In this document: in pieces, positions 1 to 10,913 of the stretch
How positions within the stretch are numbered: position 1 is the stretch's first letter
Layout: each line of letters begins with the position of its first letter
NCBI GenBank assembly: GCA_965262915.1
Contig: OZ253564.1
Location: 512,001 to 576,000, forward strand
Direction of reading: 5' to 3'
Origin: Candidatus Spongiisociaceae bacterium
GTDB lineage: Bacteria; Actinomycetota; Acidimicrobiia; Spongiisociales; Spongiisociaceae
DNA: 64,000 nt
Position numbers and translations under genes: made by a program
The notes under the pieces: model-generated
Database searches by the model: none
What the model was told of the DNA's origin: nothing
Seen by the model: the letters and a program-made list of their open reading frames with translations, nothing else

Positions 1-1089
1 GTGCCCACCCCCGACAGGCCTGCCCCTACCCGCCTACCCGCCGGGCTGCCCCCCATCCGGCCCGCCTCCCAGCCCGCACCCGCCCACCGGGCCGACGACA
101 GCCACGACCACCTCCGCCGGATGCTGGGCCGCAGCGCCGACTACTACCACCAACAACTCCTAGCCGCCCCCGCAGCCGAACCCGCCCGCCGCTACCTCAC
201 CGGGCGGGGAATCGAACCCGCCGATTGGGCCAAATGGAAACTCGGCTGGGCCCCCGACCAATGGCGCGGACTGTGCAACCACCTCCGAGACGACCAAGCA
301 GCCGTCCAAGCAGGTGTAGCCAACACCCGACGGGGCCGCACCTACGACGTCCTACGAGGACGGGTGGTCTTCCCCATCCGAGACACAGCAGGAGACGTGA
401 TCGGCTTCGCCGGGCGGAAACTCCCAGGAACCGACGCCGGACAGCCCAAATACCTAAACACCCGCACCACCGCCCTCTACCACAAGTCCGACACCCTCTA
501 CGGCATCCACGAAGCCACAGACGCCATCCGCAGCACCGCAACAGCCGGAGTGGTCGAGGGATACACCGACGCCATCGCCGCCCACCGCGCCGGGCTCACC
601 AACGTGGTCGCCACCGGCGGTGTCGCCTTCACCCAAAACCACCTACAACGCATCATCGAAGCCGGCGCCCACCACCTCACCGTCGCCTACGACGGAGACG
701 GCCCCGGCCAAGCCTCCCAGCAGAACCTCACTGACCAGGCCCACCAGGCCGGGATACCCACTACGTCTGTGACGCTCCCCACCGGAACAGACCCAGCCAG
801 CCTTGAACCCGACGCGCTGCTCGACCACTGGCACACAGGGCTGCCCCAGCCGTGGGCGCATATCCAACAGCACCTCGACGGCGGAGACATAAACACCCGA
901 GCACGAGGCCACCGACACATCGCCGCCGCCTACCAAAACACCGACCCAACACTCGCCGCCCTCGCCGCCCACCAAGCCCTCACCCACACCTACGGAGCCA
1001 CCCCCCACACCCTCACCGCCTGGCACCGCCCCCTCACCCCCACCACCCCACAGCGCAGCCGCCGCTCCGGACCCGGCCCCGGCCTCTGA
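1..1089 (+). CDS. DnaG-type DNA primase (catalytic core + TOPRIM), probably mobile-element encoded; may continue upstream of the window
   Basis: Motifs RGRVVFPIRD, GFAGR, PKYLNT, VVEGYTD, AYDGD typical of the DnaG core/TOPRIM; no N-terminal Zn finger visible; begins at the window edge. Confidence 0.85.
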   Translation: MPTPDRPAPTRLPAGLPPIRPASQPAPAHRADDSHDHLRRMLGRSADYYHQQLLAAPAAEPARRYLTGRGIEPADWAKWKLGWAPDQWRGLCNHLRDDQAAVQAGVANTRRGRTYDVLRGRVVFPIRDTAGDVIGFAGRKLPGTDAGQPKYLNTRTTALYHKSDTLYGIHEATDAIRSTATAGVVEGYTDAIAAHRAGLTNVVATGGVAFTQNHLQRIIEAGAHHLTVAYDGDGPGQASQQNLTDQAHQAGIPTTSVTLPTGTDPASLEPDALLDHWHTGLPQPWAHIQQHLDGGDINTRARGHRHIAAAYQNTDPTLAALAAHQALTHTYGATPHTLTAWHRPLTPTTPQRSRRSGPGPGL

Positions 1090-1927
1090 ACCCAACCAGC
1101 GGACCGCTCCAGGGCGGCGGTGCGCACTGTACACCCCGGCCCCCAGAAGCCCACAGCGGAAGGGTCCTCCAGTGGCACCGAGTTTGGGTCCCGCGGAGCT
1201 CGACACCTCCCGGTGGTAGGGTCCGCCGGCATTGCTGACCCGCCCGTAGACCTGCACACGTTGCTCCGCCGGCTAGGTGGGCCAGCGGGTGGTGGCTTAT
1301 ACCGGCTACGACCTCGGCCACTCGGGTCTCCTGATGACGGTGGCCGACGAGTACGTGGTGGTCTGTGCCTGAGACCACTCGAGGCCCACAGCCGCACAGA
1401 AGCAGCAGAGTGCATCCACTAAGAGCATCCCGTAGCCATCTGCATCAACTGCGGGCGAGAGATGGACATCCATACCCCCGCCGACGTGGGCAGGTGCACG
1501 GTTGAGGCGGTAGCCGTAAGTATCCATCCCTGCCGTCTCTGCGATCGACTGCTGCAGGATCGCACCCCTCCCAGTTGGAGACCTGTCAATCTGCCTTCGG
1601 GGCTGCAGCTGCCGGCCGTCCTATGAGAGCGTGGCGGCTGCCTAACTCGCCTACTACCTGGCCGTCATATGCTTGCTGGCAACGGACGGCCACTCCGCTG
1701 GCGCCCTTGAAGTCAGGCTAAATGCGTCCCAGCTTGATAGAAGGCAGCATCAGCTCTATCGAAACGCCTCGCAGCCCTGTCCATGTCAGCGATCGCCCTG
1801 TCTCCCTCTGCCCCCAATCGCTCCACAGCCTTGTTTGATGTACCAGACCGCGAGTGCCAGCGTCCGGATAAGGGCGGAACCAAAATAGCTACCGTCGAGG
1901 CCCCGTGAGATTGGGGAGGAGGAGCAA

Positions 1928-2434
1928 GTGAGCTGGCGCAGGTTGAAAGAGGGCGTAGCTGTGGCTGGGGTGGTCCTGGTGGTGGTGCTGCTGGTCAATT
2001 GTGGTGGGCTGCCGTGGCTGGCTGAGCCGGACTACGCCAACGATCCTGTGGCCCGCGAGGAACTGGTCTTCGACCTCATCGAGGAGTTCGACTGGCCTTA
2101 CTCTGTCTTGGAGGTGGACGGGACAGCCCGTGCGATATGCGCGTGGCTTGACAGCGAGCCTCTGCCTAGGTCATCGTCGGGGTGGGCGGTTGATGGGGCC
2201 AGGGAGTACCTGCGGCAGGTCATCGCGCATCCCACGCCTGGTAGTTCGCAGGCCAGGGCTCTGTATTTCCAGTCCGTGATCGACAGCGTTGCGTTTCTGC
2301 AGGAGTGGTCTGCTGGGCGGGCCCCTGACAACGACCCGCGAGAAGGAGCGGTGATTGTCTCAGATGTGTTGATCCTGGCTGACATGTGGTGCCCGCATCA
2401 TGCGGAGCAGCTCGACCTGTTCGGCGTCCGATAA
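1928..2434 (+). CDS. Hypothetical secreted/lipoprotein (DUF732-like Cys pair)
   Basis: RBS GGAGGAG, N-terminal basic + hydrophobic signal ending in Cys, ARAIC...WCPHH. Confidence 0.55.
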   Translation: MSWRRLKEGVAVAGVVLVVVLLVNCGGLPWLAEPDYANDPVAREELVFDLIEEFDWPYSVLEVDGTARAICAWLDSEPLPRSSSGWAVDGAREYLRQVIAHPTPGSSQARALYFQSVIDSVAFLQEWSAGRAPDNDPREGAVIVSDVLILADMWCPHHAEQLDLFGVR

Positions 2435-2532
2435 TCGACATTACGACAACCAGGCCCAGGGGACGTTTCCCCAGGTAAACACCGGCGCCCTCCTAGCTCT
2501 ACACTTGAAATCGGAGAGGGGAGGAGCCACAG

Positions 2533-3333
2533 ATGACCGAGGTGCTTGACTGTACGACCTGCCGGAAGCCGCGGTCAGATCACACCCGTACCGACTGGCT
2601 GGCGTGCAGGGCCTGGGAGAGCAAGCACTGCATGATCTGTCGCCGTCCGCACTCCAACCACACCCCCGCCGAGCGGGATCGGTGCCATACCAGTTGCTTC
2701 ACCTGTAAACAGCCCACCGACAGGCACACTGCCGACCAGACGGCCGAGTGTGCCCGCTTGCGCGAGGAAGACCAGCAACGCCGGCCAAAGCCGCCGTACT
2801 GCGGGGTCTGCCTACTTGAGTGGGACCACCCAGCAGCGTTCCGCCACGTTGAGTGCGTCCGGCGGGCCGAGCTCCCGATCGACGTCTGCCACATCTGCGC
2901 TCGGCCGATGGAGGACCACACCAACGCCGAGGTAGCGGTCTGCGTGTCGGCGCCTGTCGAGACCTGCCCGGTCTGCGGTCGGCCGATGGAGGCGCACACG
3001 CCGTCTCAGGTGCAGACCTGCGCGTCTGTGTTCGGTGCAGCAATGGCGGACCGCCCGTTCCGGGCGTGGCTGCTGCGCTTCCCGCTGAACCCGCGACTGT
3101 GGGCGACGGTCGCCCTGCTGCTATGCGTCGCCGGATGGAGGGCGGGGGCGGGTCTGTGGGGACTGGGCGGGTTCTTGCTGGTCTGTGGGCTGGTCCACAC
3201 CGTCCTATGGAACACGGTTAAGAGGCTGCCCACGGTGGCTGCCCTGCTGGTGGTCGGGCTGCTGGTCGCGGCCCTGGTCTGGGCGGGGCCGGGGCTGGCG
3301 ACGTGGTGGCCGATCGGGGTCGCCATCGACTGA
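2533..3333 (+). CDS. Membrane protein with six tandem CCHC-type putative Zn-binding repeats
   Basis: RBS GAGGAG; five exact C-x2-C-x6-H-x7-C units plus one variant; about three hydrophobic C-terminal helices. Confidence 0.75.
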   Translation: MTEVLDCTTCRKPRSDHTRTDWLACRAWESKHCMICRRPHSNHTPAERDRCHTSCFTCKQPTDRHTADQTAECARLREEDQQRRPKPPYCGVCLLEWDHPAAFRHVECVRRAELPIDVCHICARPMEDHTNAEVAVCVSAPVETCPVCGRPMEAHTPSQVQTCASVFGAAMADRPFRAWLLRFPLNPRLWATVALLLCVAGWRAGAGLWGLGGFLLVCGLVHTVLWNTVKRLPTVAALLVVGLLVAALVWAGPGLATWWPIGVAID

Positions 3334-3379
3334 ACAACGAAGGACCCGCCGGTCCGGACGGCGTCCAGGGTGGGTGAGT

Positions 3380-3723
3380 AGTCGCCGGGCGCATACTTGT
3401 TCTTCGTCTGAGCGACACAGGCGGGAGGATGACCGCGGTGGTGCTGATGGTGACCGGCCAACCAACTCGGCGACCAGAAGCTCGTCGACGACGTAACCAC
3501 AGCCGGCGGGCAGACGTGGGAACTCCTCGACGGCTCGGTTTTCCAAGTGGCCGACCAAGCCCACAATCAGCTCCTCGGCCGGCTACCCGACATCGCCTGG
3601 ACAACTATCGACCGCTACCTGTCCCTTATCCAGCTCAGGCACTCCGACTTCGACAGGTTCCTCGACATACTCTTCCGGCTGAACCTAATCGAGATCAACG
3701 CCGTACTCGACGCCGTGAACTGA
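3380..3723 (+). pseudogene. Possible decayed CDS, function unknown
   Basis: Protein-like frame (LVDDVTTAGGQTWELL...INAVLDAVN*) preceded by several in-frame stops. Confidence 0.25.
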
Positions 3724-3849
3724 GCAACCTGGGCAGGGCACCTGTTTCGGACAGCGCTTACCCAAGCCCCAAAAGGTCGTCTGGCCGCAGCGGAGAACCA
3801 GCGGGGACGTGATGTCCGATAAAAGACACTATGACAACCCGGGCCCGCA

Positions 3850-4360
3850 GCGTTTCCCCAGGTAGAAGCAGGTTTCCGCCAACCAGCGGCCGGGGCGTGC
3901 ACAAACCCGCCCAGCCACGTATGGATATACACCACACAGCGCCAGTCAACAATAAGCTGCAAGACCCTCCGTTCCCCACTCCCAAACGCCCGAGTCACCC
4001 GGCGCAGACGTGAGGCGGGAGCTCCCCGACAGCCCGCCCGGCTGATCCTCAACACCTCGGCTCCCTCGGACGGAGCGGAGACCGCTCCCGGGTGCCGCTG
4101 CGCCACCGACAACTGCACAGCACGCCTATCCATCTACAACCCGGCCGACCACTGCCGCCTCCACTCCCCCAACCGATACCCACGCACATGGAAACCGCCA
4201 AGGCTGGTGAAACCACCGGACGGGTAACCGCTGTCGGCCGCCGGTCGAACCCCCAGCGGAAGGGGTGTCCGCGTCCGCCGGCCGGGCGGACAGCCATGTA
4301 GCCGGTTCCCTAAGCACGCTAACCAACATAACCCAAAGGCTAGAAGCCGATTCAAGGGCC
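3850..4360 (+). repeat. Diverged copy of an island intergenic block that includes a small Cys/His ORF remnant
   Basis: Similar to 28972-29330 and 29718-29770 (GTTTCCCCAGGTAGA, CTATCCATCTACAACCCG, AACATAAC..AAAGG). Confidence 0.7.
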
Positions 4361-4463
4361 AGAATCTCGGTTCGACAGACTGGAGGAAGGCCACTACCTC
4401 CCAGAAACGGCCAACAGTTGCCCAGCGCCGCCGCTAAGGCGTGTCTTCGCTATCAGTGGGGTG

Positions 4464-5270
4464 TTAATCGTCCTCGGCTTCCTCGTAGTCGTAAGTCGTA
4501 GAGGACATGACCAGTTTGACCAGCTTGTCTACCCGATACCGGTTGTTCCTGTCCGCCAGGCGAGCCCGGATCGACTTGACCGATTCGAGAGGAGTTCTCT
4601 CCGTGTAGAGAACCCTCACGACCGCCCTGTTCGGTATCCGAACCAGCTTGATGGGTTGGCAGTGCCGGTCCAGTTTCCCTGTCCCGATTGTCCTTCGCAG
4701 CTCGATTATCAGGCGCCACTCATCCTCGTAAGACCAGTGGCTGCTCTTGTAGGACAGGAGGAGCGGCAGATTCGACTCTGGCGAGACCAAAACAATCGGC
4801 CCGCCGATGGGGATTAGCCCGTTCTGATACTCAACACGTCGCAGGGATGCGTCCGAGCCGGCAACCTTGCGGAGCTCGCCGACGTCGTAGCCGATGGCGA
4901 ATCCGGAGCCGTCGGTGGTGTAGTGGGACCACAGCAACGGGTGTGTTGGATCTGTCGCAAAAGAGACGATGCCGAACCTTGTCGAGACCTGCTCCGCGAG
5001 AAGCTGACGCGTGAACAGGCTGCCGTACTTTTCCCTGGCGCGATGCACGTCTTTCGCAGTGACTGGTTTGCTCTCGTTGACCTGGGTCAGAATGTCCGCT
5101 AGCTGGCGGTTTTCCTCCCACTGGTCCGGGATGCAGTAATCAGTGGCAACGGCGCATTCGAACGGGTCGTTGAGGGCTGCCGGCTGGGTAGCGCGTAGAG
5201 TCCCGTCGCCCACCTCGGGGATGCAGGTCAGGGCCCTCTCATGGGTCACATACTTGTATAGGACATCCAT
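4464..5270 (-). CDS. DUF2971 family protein
   Basis: LYKY, LNDPFE, LWSHY, IGYD, K..HWSYEDEWR motifs. Confidence 0.8.
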   Translation of the reverse strand: MDVLYKYVTHERALTCIPEVGDGTLRATQPAALNDPFECAVATDYCIPDQWEENRQLADILTQVNESKPVTAKDVHRAREKYGSLFTRQLLAEQVSTRFGIVSFATDPTHPLLWSHYTTDGSGFAIGYDVGELRKVAGSDASLRRVEYQNGLIPIGGPIVLVSPESNLPLLLSYKSSHWSYEDEWRLIIELRRTIGTGKLDRHCQPIKLVRIPNRAVVRVLYTERTPLESVKSIRARLADRNNRYRVDKLVKLVMSSTTYDYEEAEDD

Positions 5271-5634
5271 GGTGCCCGATCACCCCTGTTGAACGGGATA
5301 ACTGACCGCCTGATCATAGGGCCACCTCGGCAGTTCACTACAGCGACCGGGCCGATCCCTGCCCGTAACCGGCGTCGTCGACGGAGCAGCTACACATCGA
5401 ATCCGGGATCATCACCTACGCTGGCGAAGACCTTGGACGGAACTATGACGCTTGCCGTCCTCAAACACCCGACCCGCCCAACTGGCCCCTGAGGTCAACA
5501 GCGGAAGGGTAGACCGCTGCCGCTACCCGTAAGCGGAGACCGCCCCCAGGTACCGTGAACCACCACTATCGGGTGGGTAAACCGCTGTCAGCGGCCGGGT
5601 CGAGCCCTCAGCGGAAGGGGGCACCGACGTCTAA

Positions 5635-6264
5635 CTAGCGTCCCGCTCGTCGTCTTAGTCGAACCAACCCGGCCACACCCGCGACGAGCACGAACGCGAC
5701 GCCTCCGACTACGACCACCCTGAATGGGCCGAAGCTCTCAGGTTGTTCTTCTAACACGAGCGTCGCGTCGGGTGGATACCCGGCGCCGAACACTCCTTCG
5801 AGTTCCTCGATCGACACATGGGAGAAGCACCAATGCACGTAGAGGTCACCCGGTTCTAGCTCTCCCCATTGGCTGCCTTCCTCACTCTTCTTGACGGCAA
5901 CACCGGTTGTCCCCATTCCCTGGAAGTGGGTGCCGCACGAGCCGGCACCTGGGCCGGTGCGAACCTCGATAAGAGGCCCTGCCCGGCCTTTGTACACCCA
6001 GTCGACTTCGAGTAGCCAAGCCGACCCGCCCGAGACGGAAGTACCTTCGATCTGACGACCTACGAAGGCGACCTCCACCTCGTCCGCGTAGTCCGACAGC
6101 GTCCGGTCGCGGGAGCAACTGCAGGCGTGGACGATCCGCGGAGTCACGAAAACAACAGCAAAAACGGTCACCATCACGAGAGACACCAAGATGGCTAACC
6201 GGGTCAAGGACGCACACGGCCGAACCGCCACAGATCTATCGGAGGATCGGCCCATTGTTCCCAA
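5635..6264 (-). CDS. Secreted TIMP/NTR-like domain protein with C-terminal membrane anchor
   Basis: Signal peptide then ACSC, FVG, VYKG, SCG; C-terminal TM followed by RRRR. Confidence 0.6.
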   Translation of the reverse strand: MGTMGRSSDRSVAVRPCASLTRLAILVSLVMVTVFAVVFVTPRIVHACSCSRDRTLSDYADEVEVAFVGRQIEGTSVSGGSAWLLEVDWVYKGRAGPLIEVRTGPGAGSCGTHFQGMGTTGVAVKKSEEGSQWGELEPGDLYVHWCFSHVSIEELEGVFGAGYPPDATLVLEEQPESFGPFRVVVVGGVAFVLVAGVAGLVRLRRRAGR

Positions 6265-6597
6265 CCCGGCTACCCTGCGAGCCTAACATGAGCCTTTCCG
6301 ACTCCTCGGGGTACTTCCCCGCCATGAGAACCAGTGCCTTGGGGAAACTCGAACCCCAAGGCCTCCCAGCGGAAGGGTAGACCGCTGTGGCTGGCAGCTA
6401 ACCCTCTGGTCAGAGTACGACTCAGAGCCGGTTCAGGTGCTCAAGTCCCACATGCGGTCCCACTGCCCCCCGGAATGCCCCGGCGCAGTCACGGGGCTAG
6501 ATCTTCTCGACCTTCAGCCATTTACCCGTCTTGCCTGGCAGGTGTCACACATTCCGTCTGCGACGATGGCTCACGGTGGAACATCTTGGGTGTTGGG

Positions 6598-9396
6598 CTA
6601 CGGACAGACGGGGTCCAGTTCGAGCAGTTCGGCCAGGGTGCCAGATCCGTAGCCCGTGTCGGCCTGCCAGAACGTCCACCCGTCTGTGACGCCGTTGTCG
6701 ACAGCGGCGGCCGCGTGGTCCGGTGATTCGTAACGGATGCCGTCGATGAGGATCCCGTAATCGCCGGACACGACAGCTCGGGCACCACCGGGCCCGGTGA
6801 GTGTGTCTCCATCGCCGAGGATCTCTATATCGAGGAGGTGGGCAAACTGCTTGTCCCGGCGCAGACTCCAACCGCCAACTGTCCGGGCGGCGTCCTCAGC
6901 CGTCAGGTAGCGAAGCGACGGCTCCTCGAAGGTGCGGAACTTCCAGACAGCGTCGTTCATCTTCGTGTCGTTGAAAACGCCGGCGTCGACGAGTTGCTCG
7001 AAGTGCTTCAGGCGGAGACTCGTGACCTGCTCGAACAGGTCCGGTTCGTCCTGAGCGATGATCTCTTTGATCGTCCGCTCCCGGTCGTCGGTCAGGTACA
7101 TGAATGCCGGAATGCGGGTGATGAACCGCTGGAGACGCTTCTTGAGGTTATCCCGCTCGGTCTTGGCTGCCTTCTCTCTCTTCTTCTCCTTCGGGGTCAG
7201 CTTTTCTTTAGTCAGCTTCTTCTCCCGGAGTTCCTTGTTCGCGGTGATAATTGTGGTGAGGTCATTTGTGATGTTGCGGAACATCTCGACCTGTTCCAGT
7301 GATTCCAACAGCTCCTTGTTCGAAAGCAGTGACTCCATCGCCTTCAGGTCGAGGCGGATAAGCTCCACCGAGTTCCAACGGCGGGCGAGCATGCTGGCGC
7401 TGATCCCCGATGTCACATGGTCCAGCACATCCTCGGCACGGAGCTGCGACATGCCCGACCCGTCGAACGCCAGGACCGGCAGGAACCCCATGAACTCGTC
7501 GATCGCGGCGACAGGGTCTCTTACAGACGTCGAGTCGGCTCGCAGCCGGGTGGCGTAGTCGACGATTTGGGTGAGCGCACGGTTCAGTGAGAAGTCGATG
7601 ACGTAGCAGTGCTCCTTGTGGACAAGTTCTGTCTCACCGCCCTCCACCGTGTCGACCATGCGGCTCACCCACCGCGACTGGACACGGAACGCCGCTTGGA
7701 AGTACGACTCGGGACTCTTCAGTTCTCGCAGCATGAAGATCCCCGCCCAAGCTGGAACCGTCACGCCTGTGAGCAGCTTCCCGCACGACAACGTGATCGT
7801 TTTCGTGTCTTGGGGGACCTTCCCGATGGCCTGCTGCACCGGGGGGAGGGCTTCGATGCCCACACCGGCGCCCGGCCCGGCGGCGACCATCACTGTGTAG
7901 TCGCGGTACGAGGTGTTGCGTTGAGCTTTGATCAGGTCCCTCATTGCCAGGCACGCGTCGACGCCGGGCAGGCACCAGATCGTGTGCTGCAGCGCGCGAA
8001 GAAGGCCGGGATCCTCGTAGGGCAGCGGCGGGGCCTTCAGGTTGGCGACATTCGACCACAGTCCGGTCAGGTCCTGACCACGAAGAACATCTAGGAACTT
8101 CTGGACGGAGCCTTCGTGTAGGAACCGGGGAACGTTCTCATCGTCACGTTCGGTCCTGAAGAACTCGGTCAGCGAGAACTGTGACTGATTGTTGATCGCC
8201 ACTTCCCGCAGCTTCGGCGGCATTTCGTAGGCGAGGAGATGCATCTTCGGCAGACCCTGGTATGGGTTGGTGCCGGGTCCAGCCCAGTTCTTCTTGGCTC
8301 CCTGCTCGTCCGAATACGTCCAGTTGAACACCTGGTCCTCGAGGAACTCGCCGTGGGTCAACGCCCGGAACGGGGTCCCGGACAGGTACAGGTAGTGGCG
8401 TATGTCCAGTTTCCCGCCGAGTTCCCTTTTGAGGTTCTCTTGGAAGTCGTCGTCCAGGTCGGGGGTGTCCAACTCCCGCTTCTCGGAGAGGTCTCCGGCG
8501 ACGCCCTCATCATGGGCCGCCCTGTCCGACACGTACAGGCTGCGGGCAGCGTCTCGCCACGCTCCAAAGTGGTACTCGTCGATCACCACCGCATCCCACG
8601 TAGCCTCATACAGGCCCAGGTTCTTCGCCTTCGGGCTGCCGTTATGGTCGGTCCCGAGGACATCTTGGAACGAAGCGAACCACACCAGCGGAGAAGCATC
8701 GTTGACGTCAGCGGGCGGATCGTTCTTCCCCTTGAACCGCCAACCGTCGAAGTCGACGTGACCCTCAAGATCGTCCCGCCAGGCGTCCTCGACCGCCGGT
8801 TTGAACGTGAGTACCAGAACCCGTAGCCAACCCATCCGCTTCGCCAACTGGTACATGGTGAAGGTCTTTCCAAACCGCATCTTGGCATTCCACAGGAAGT
8901 GCGGTCGGTTTTCAGGGTCGGAGTGCCTCTCGAAGTACATGAGAGTCTGCGTGACGGCGGCTTCCTGTTCCGGCCGCATCGGGAACGCCCGTCTCGCTCG
9001 TAGCGAGCCGCTCTGCTGGCCGGTCCGAACTTCGACAACGGCCGCTAAGAGCTCGTCTTTGGTGCATTCGAACCACTCCGTCGGCCTGCCACTGTCGGGG
9101 TCTGACCTCCGATGGACGGCTTTGCGTTGGAGAGCCTTATGAACAGCATGGTCCGTGAACACATGCCCGTCGTCGGTTATCGCCCGCTCCACCAGCAAAA
9201 CGTCATATTGCACAGACGTTGGCATCTTCACCTGATACAACTGTTCCCTGATCCGAACCTCGGCGTCCTTCTCCGTGTACCCGACCTTCAGAAGCCCGCT
9301 TCCAGTCCGGGGGCCCTCCCACAACATGTCGGCATAGCGATCCAGCGTATAGGCGTAGATCTTCGGGTGTCTGACACCGTCGGCCAGAACACTCAC
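6598..9396 (-). CDS. Restriction endonuclease-like protein: GIY-YIG/T5orf172 N-terminus, SF2 helicase, RAMA-like C-terminus
   Basis: KIYAY..LKVGYT..EWF; MRFGKT Walker A; DEYH; LSGTPF; YFQAAFRVQ; tail IDGIRYESP..AA..DGWTFW. Confidence 0.85.
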   Translation of the reverse strand: MSVLADGVRHPKIYAYTLDRYADMLWEGPRTGSGLLKVGYTEKDAEVRIREQLYQVKMPTSVQYDVLLVERAITDDGHVFTDHAVHKALQRKAVHRRSDPDSGRPTEWFECTKDELLAAVVEVRTGQQSGSLRARRAFPMRPEQEAAVTQTLMYFERHSDPENRPHFLWNAKMRFGKTFTMYQLAKRMGWLRVLVLTFKPAVEDAWRDDLEGHVDFDGWRFKGKNDPPADVNDASPLVWFASFQDVLGTDHNGSPKAKNLGLYEATWDAVVIDEYHFGAWRDAARSLYVSDRAAHDEGVAGDLSEKRELDTPDLDDDFQENLKRELGGKLDIRHYLYLSGTPFRALTHGEFLEDQVFNWTYSDEQGAKKNWAGPGTNPYQGLPKMHLLAYEMPPKLREVAINNQSQFSLTEFFRTERDDENVPRFLHEGSVQKFLDVLRGQDLTGLWSNVANLKAPPLPYEDPGLLRALQHTIWCLPGVDACLAMRDLIKAQRNTSYRDYTVMVAAGPGAGVGIEALPPVQQAIGKVPQDTKTITLSCGKLLTGVTVPAWAGIFMLRELKSPESYFQAAFRVQSRWVSRMVDTVEGGETELVHKEHCYVIDFSLNRALTQIVDYATRLRADSTSVRDPVAAIDEFMGFLPVLAFDGSGMSQLRAEDVLDHVTSGISASMLARRWNSVELIRLDLKAMESLLSNKELLESLEQVEMFRNITNDLTTIITANKELREKKLTKEKLTPKEKKREKAAKTERDNLKKRLQRFITRIPAFMYLTDDRERTIKEIIAQDEPDLFEQVTSLRLKHFEQLVDAGVFNDTKMNDAVWKFRTFEEPSLRYLTAEDAARTVGGWSLRRDKQFAHLLDIEILGDGDTLTGPGGARAVVSGDYGILIDGIRYESPDHAAAAVDNGVTDGWTFWQADTGYGSGTLAELLELDPVCP

Positions 9397-10913
9397 GCAG
9401 GCATCTCCTTGACCGTCTCCTCAACAAACTCTCGCTCCCCCGCCGTGATGCCGTAGCGCTCGTACAGCGCCTCGTCCGTCCACATGCGGTCCATCGGAAG
9501 GTCCGGAACGAAGGCATACACACCCCGGGCAGCGTCTTGTGTCACCTTGCGCAGCGAGATGAGAAAGCGAACAAATCTAGTCCGAAGATAGGCGGCGAAC
9601 AACTCCGCCTCCTCCTTTGACGGGACCCGTGCTGCGACGATGTATGTTTCGGTGCACGCCTCGCCAGGGCCAGCGATGATCGGCTTGCTCAGGAACATCG
9701 TCTCAACCGCTGCGCTGGTGCCCTGTGCCCTAGTCGTGAGCACTTTCCAGTCGTCCACCCACTCGACGTTCCGCGGGATCTTCGACCGCTCGACCCACGA
9801 GATCCTCCGAGACCCATGCAACTTGACCGGATCGGTCAGACTCTTCGCTGACTTCTTGCCATGGAAGAAGGTCCGTAACCCGAACGGCTTCGCTGCCGAA
9901 ACCTGGGCGTCCAACGTGGGTTCCGGTCTCCCGTCGGGGAGGAACGATCGGACCTTTCGGATTATCGGGACGGCTTCGTTCCGTCGGATGACGATGTCGA
10001 AGTCGTTGAGGCGGCGTTTGACCGACGGCCCCAACATCTTGTCATCCCACATGGTTTGGACCTTGCACGGCCCGTCGTGATCTCGGTCCCAAAGGAAGTA
10101 GGACAGTCCGCCCCGGATCTTCACGCCGGGAATACCGTCGTACAGCTTGGGAAAGTCCACCAAAGTCCGCAGACGACTGTCCGCCATCATCCGGTCTCGG
10201 AACCGGTCGAGTCCCTTTCCTCCTGAAAACCAGCGGGACGGAGTAATCATGACGACATACCGGGGATCCATGTCGATCGCCGCTTCGACGAAGTGATGGT
10301 AGATGGGCGATGCGCTGGGTCCATGTCCGCCGTCGTCGAGCTGATACGGCGGGTTGCCGACAATCACATCAAACTTCATGTCGAACTCCTCCTCCAGCAT
10401 GTCTCGGCCCGCCTCGTGAATGAGCGCGTACGCATGGTTTTCCCCACCGCCCTCGAACTGTGCCTTCTTCGCCGGGCACTCAGAGCACTTCCCTTTCCGG
10501 TAGGCGTGCTCGACCCTACCGAACCACAGGTTCCCCGCTGGAGTGGGCATAGCCACGACCGCCTTGGGGCCGTCAGCTCGTTTCGAGCAGTACAGGGTCC
10601 TACGGGACATCAGTCCGGTAAGTTCGGTGATCGCCACTCCGAACACCATGTTCTTCAGAATGTGATCGAGCCGGTCGCGCTGATCGGGAAGTTCCGGCTC
10701 TAGCCCGACCATGAGCCGCTTGGATATCTCCCGGGGGAACACACCGGTCTTACAGGCGGGGTCAAGCCACCGAACGTTGGGGTCGGTCCAGATGTGTTCG
10801 GGGAGCAAGTCCAACATGGCATCGACCAGCCGGGGAGGTGTGCGCACCTCATCGCTGGACAGGTCGGCAATGACCTCGAGGATGTCAGGCTGGTGACGTC
10901 GGGTCTGCAGCAT
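9393..10913 (-). CDS. Eco57I-like N6-adenine DNA methyltransferase with TRD
   Basis: DEVRTP, LDPACKTGVF (motif I), VGNPPY (motif IV); ATG at 10913 overlaps the upstream stop (TGATG); stop overlaps the helicase start. Confidence 0.9.
   Translation of the reverse strand: MLQTRRHQPDILEVIADLSSDEVRTPPRLVDAMLDLLPEHIWTDPNVRWLDPACKTGVFPREISKRLMVGLEPELPDQRDRLDHILKNMVFGVAITELTGLMSRRTLYCSKRADGPKAVVAMPTPAGNLWFGRVEHAYRKGKCSECPAKKAQFEGGGENHAYALIHEAGRDMLEEEFDMKFDVIVGNPPYQLDDGGHGPSASPIYHHFVEAAIDMDPRYVVMITPSRWFSGGKGLDRFRDRMMADSRLRTLVDFPKLYDGIPGVKIRGGLSYFLWDRDHDGPCKVQTMWDDKMLGPSVKRRLNDFDIVIRRNEAVPIIRKVRSFLPDGRPEPTLDAQVSAAKPFGLRTFFHGKKSAKSLTDPVKLHGSRRISWVERSKIPRNVEWVDDWKVLTTRAQGTSAAVETMFLSKPIIAGPGEACTETYIVAARVPSKEEAELFAAYLRTRFVRFLISLRKVTQDAARGVYAFVPDLPMDRMWTDEALYERYGITAGEREFVEETVKEMPA

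Noticed and set aside
1090-1900. Several short ORFs after the primase
   Set aside because: Stop-interrupted or GC-rich shadow frames without support
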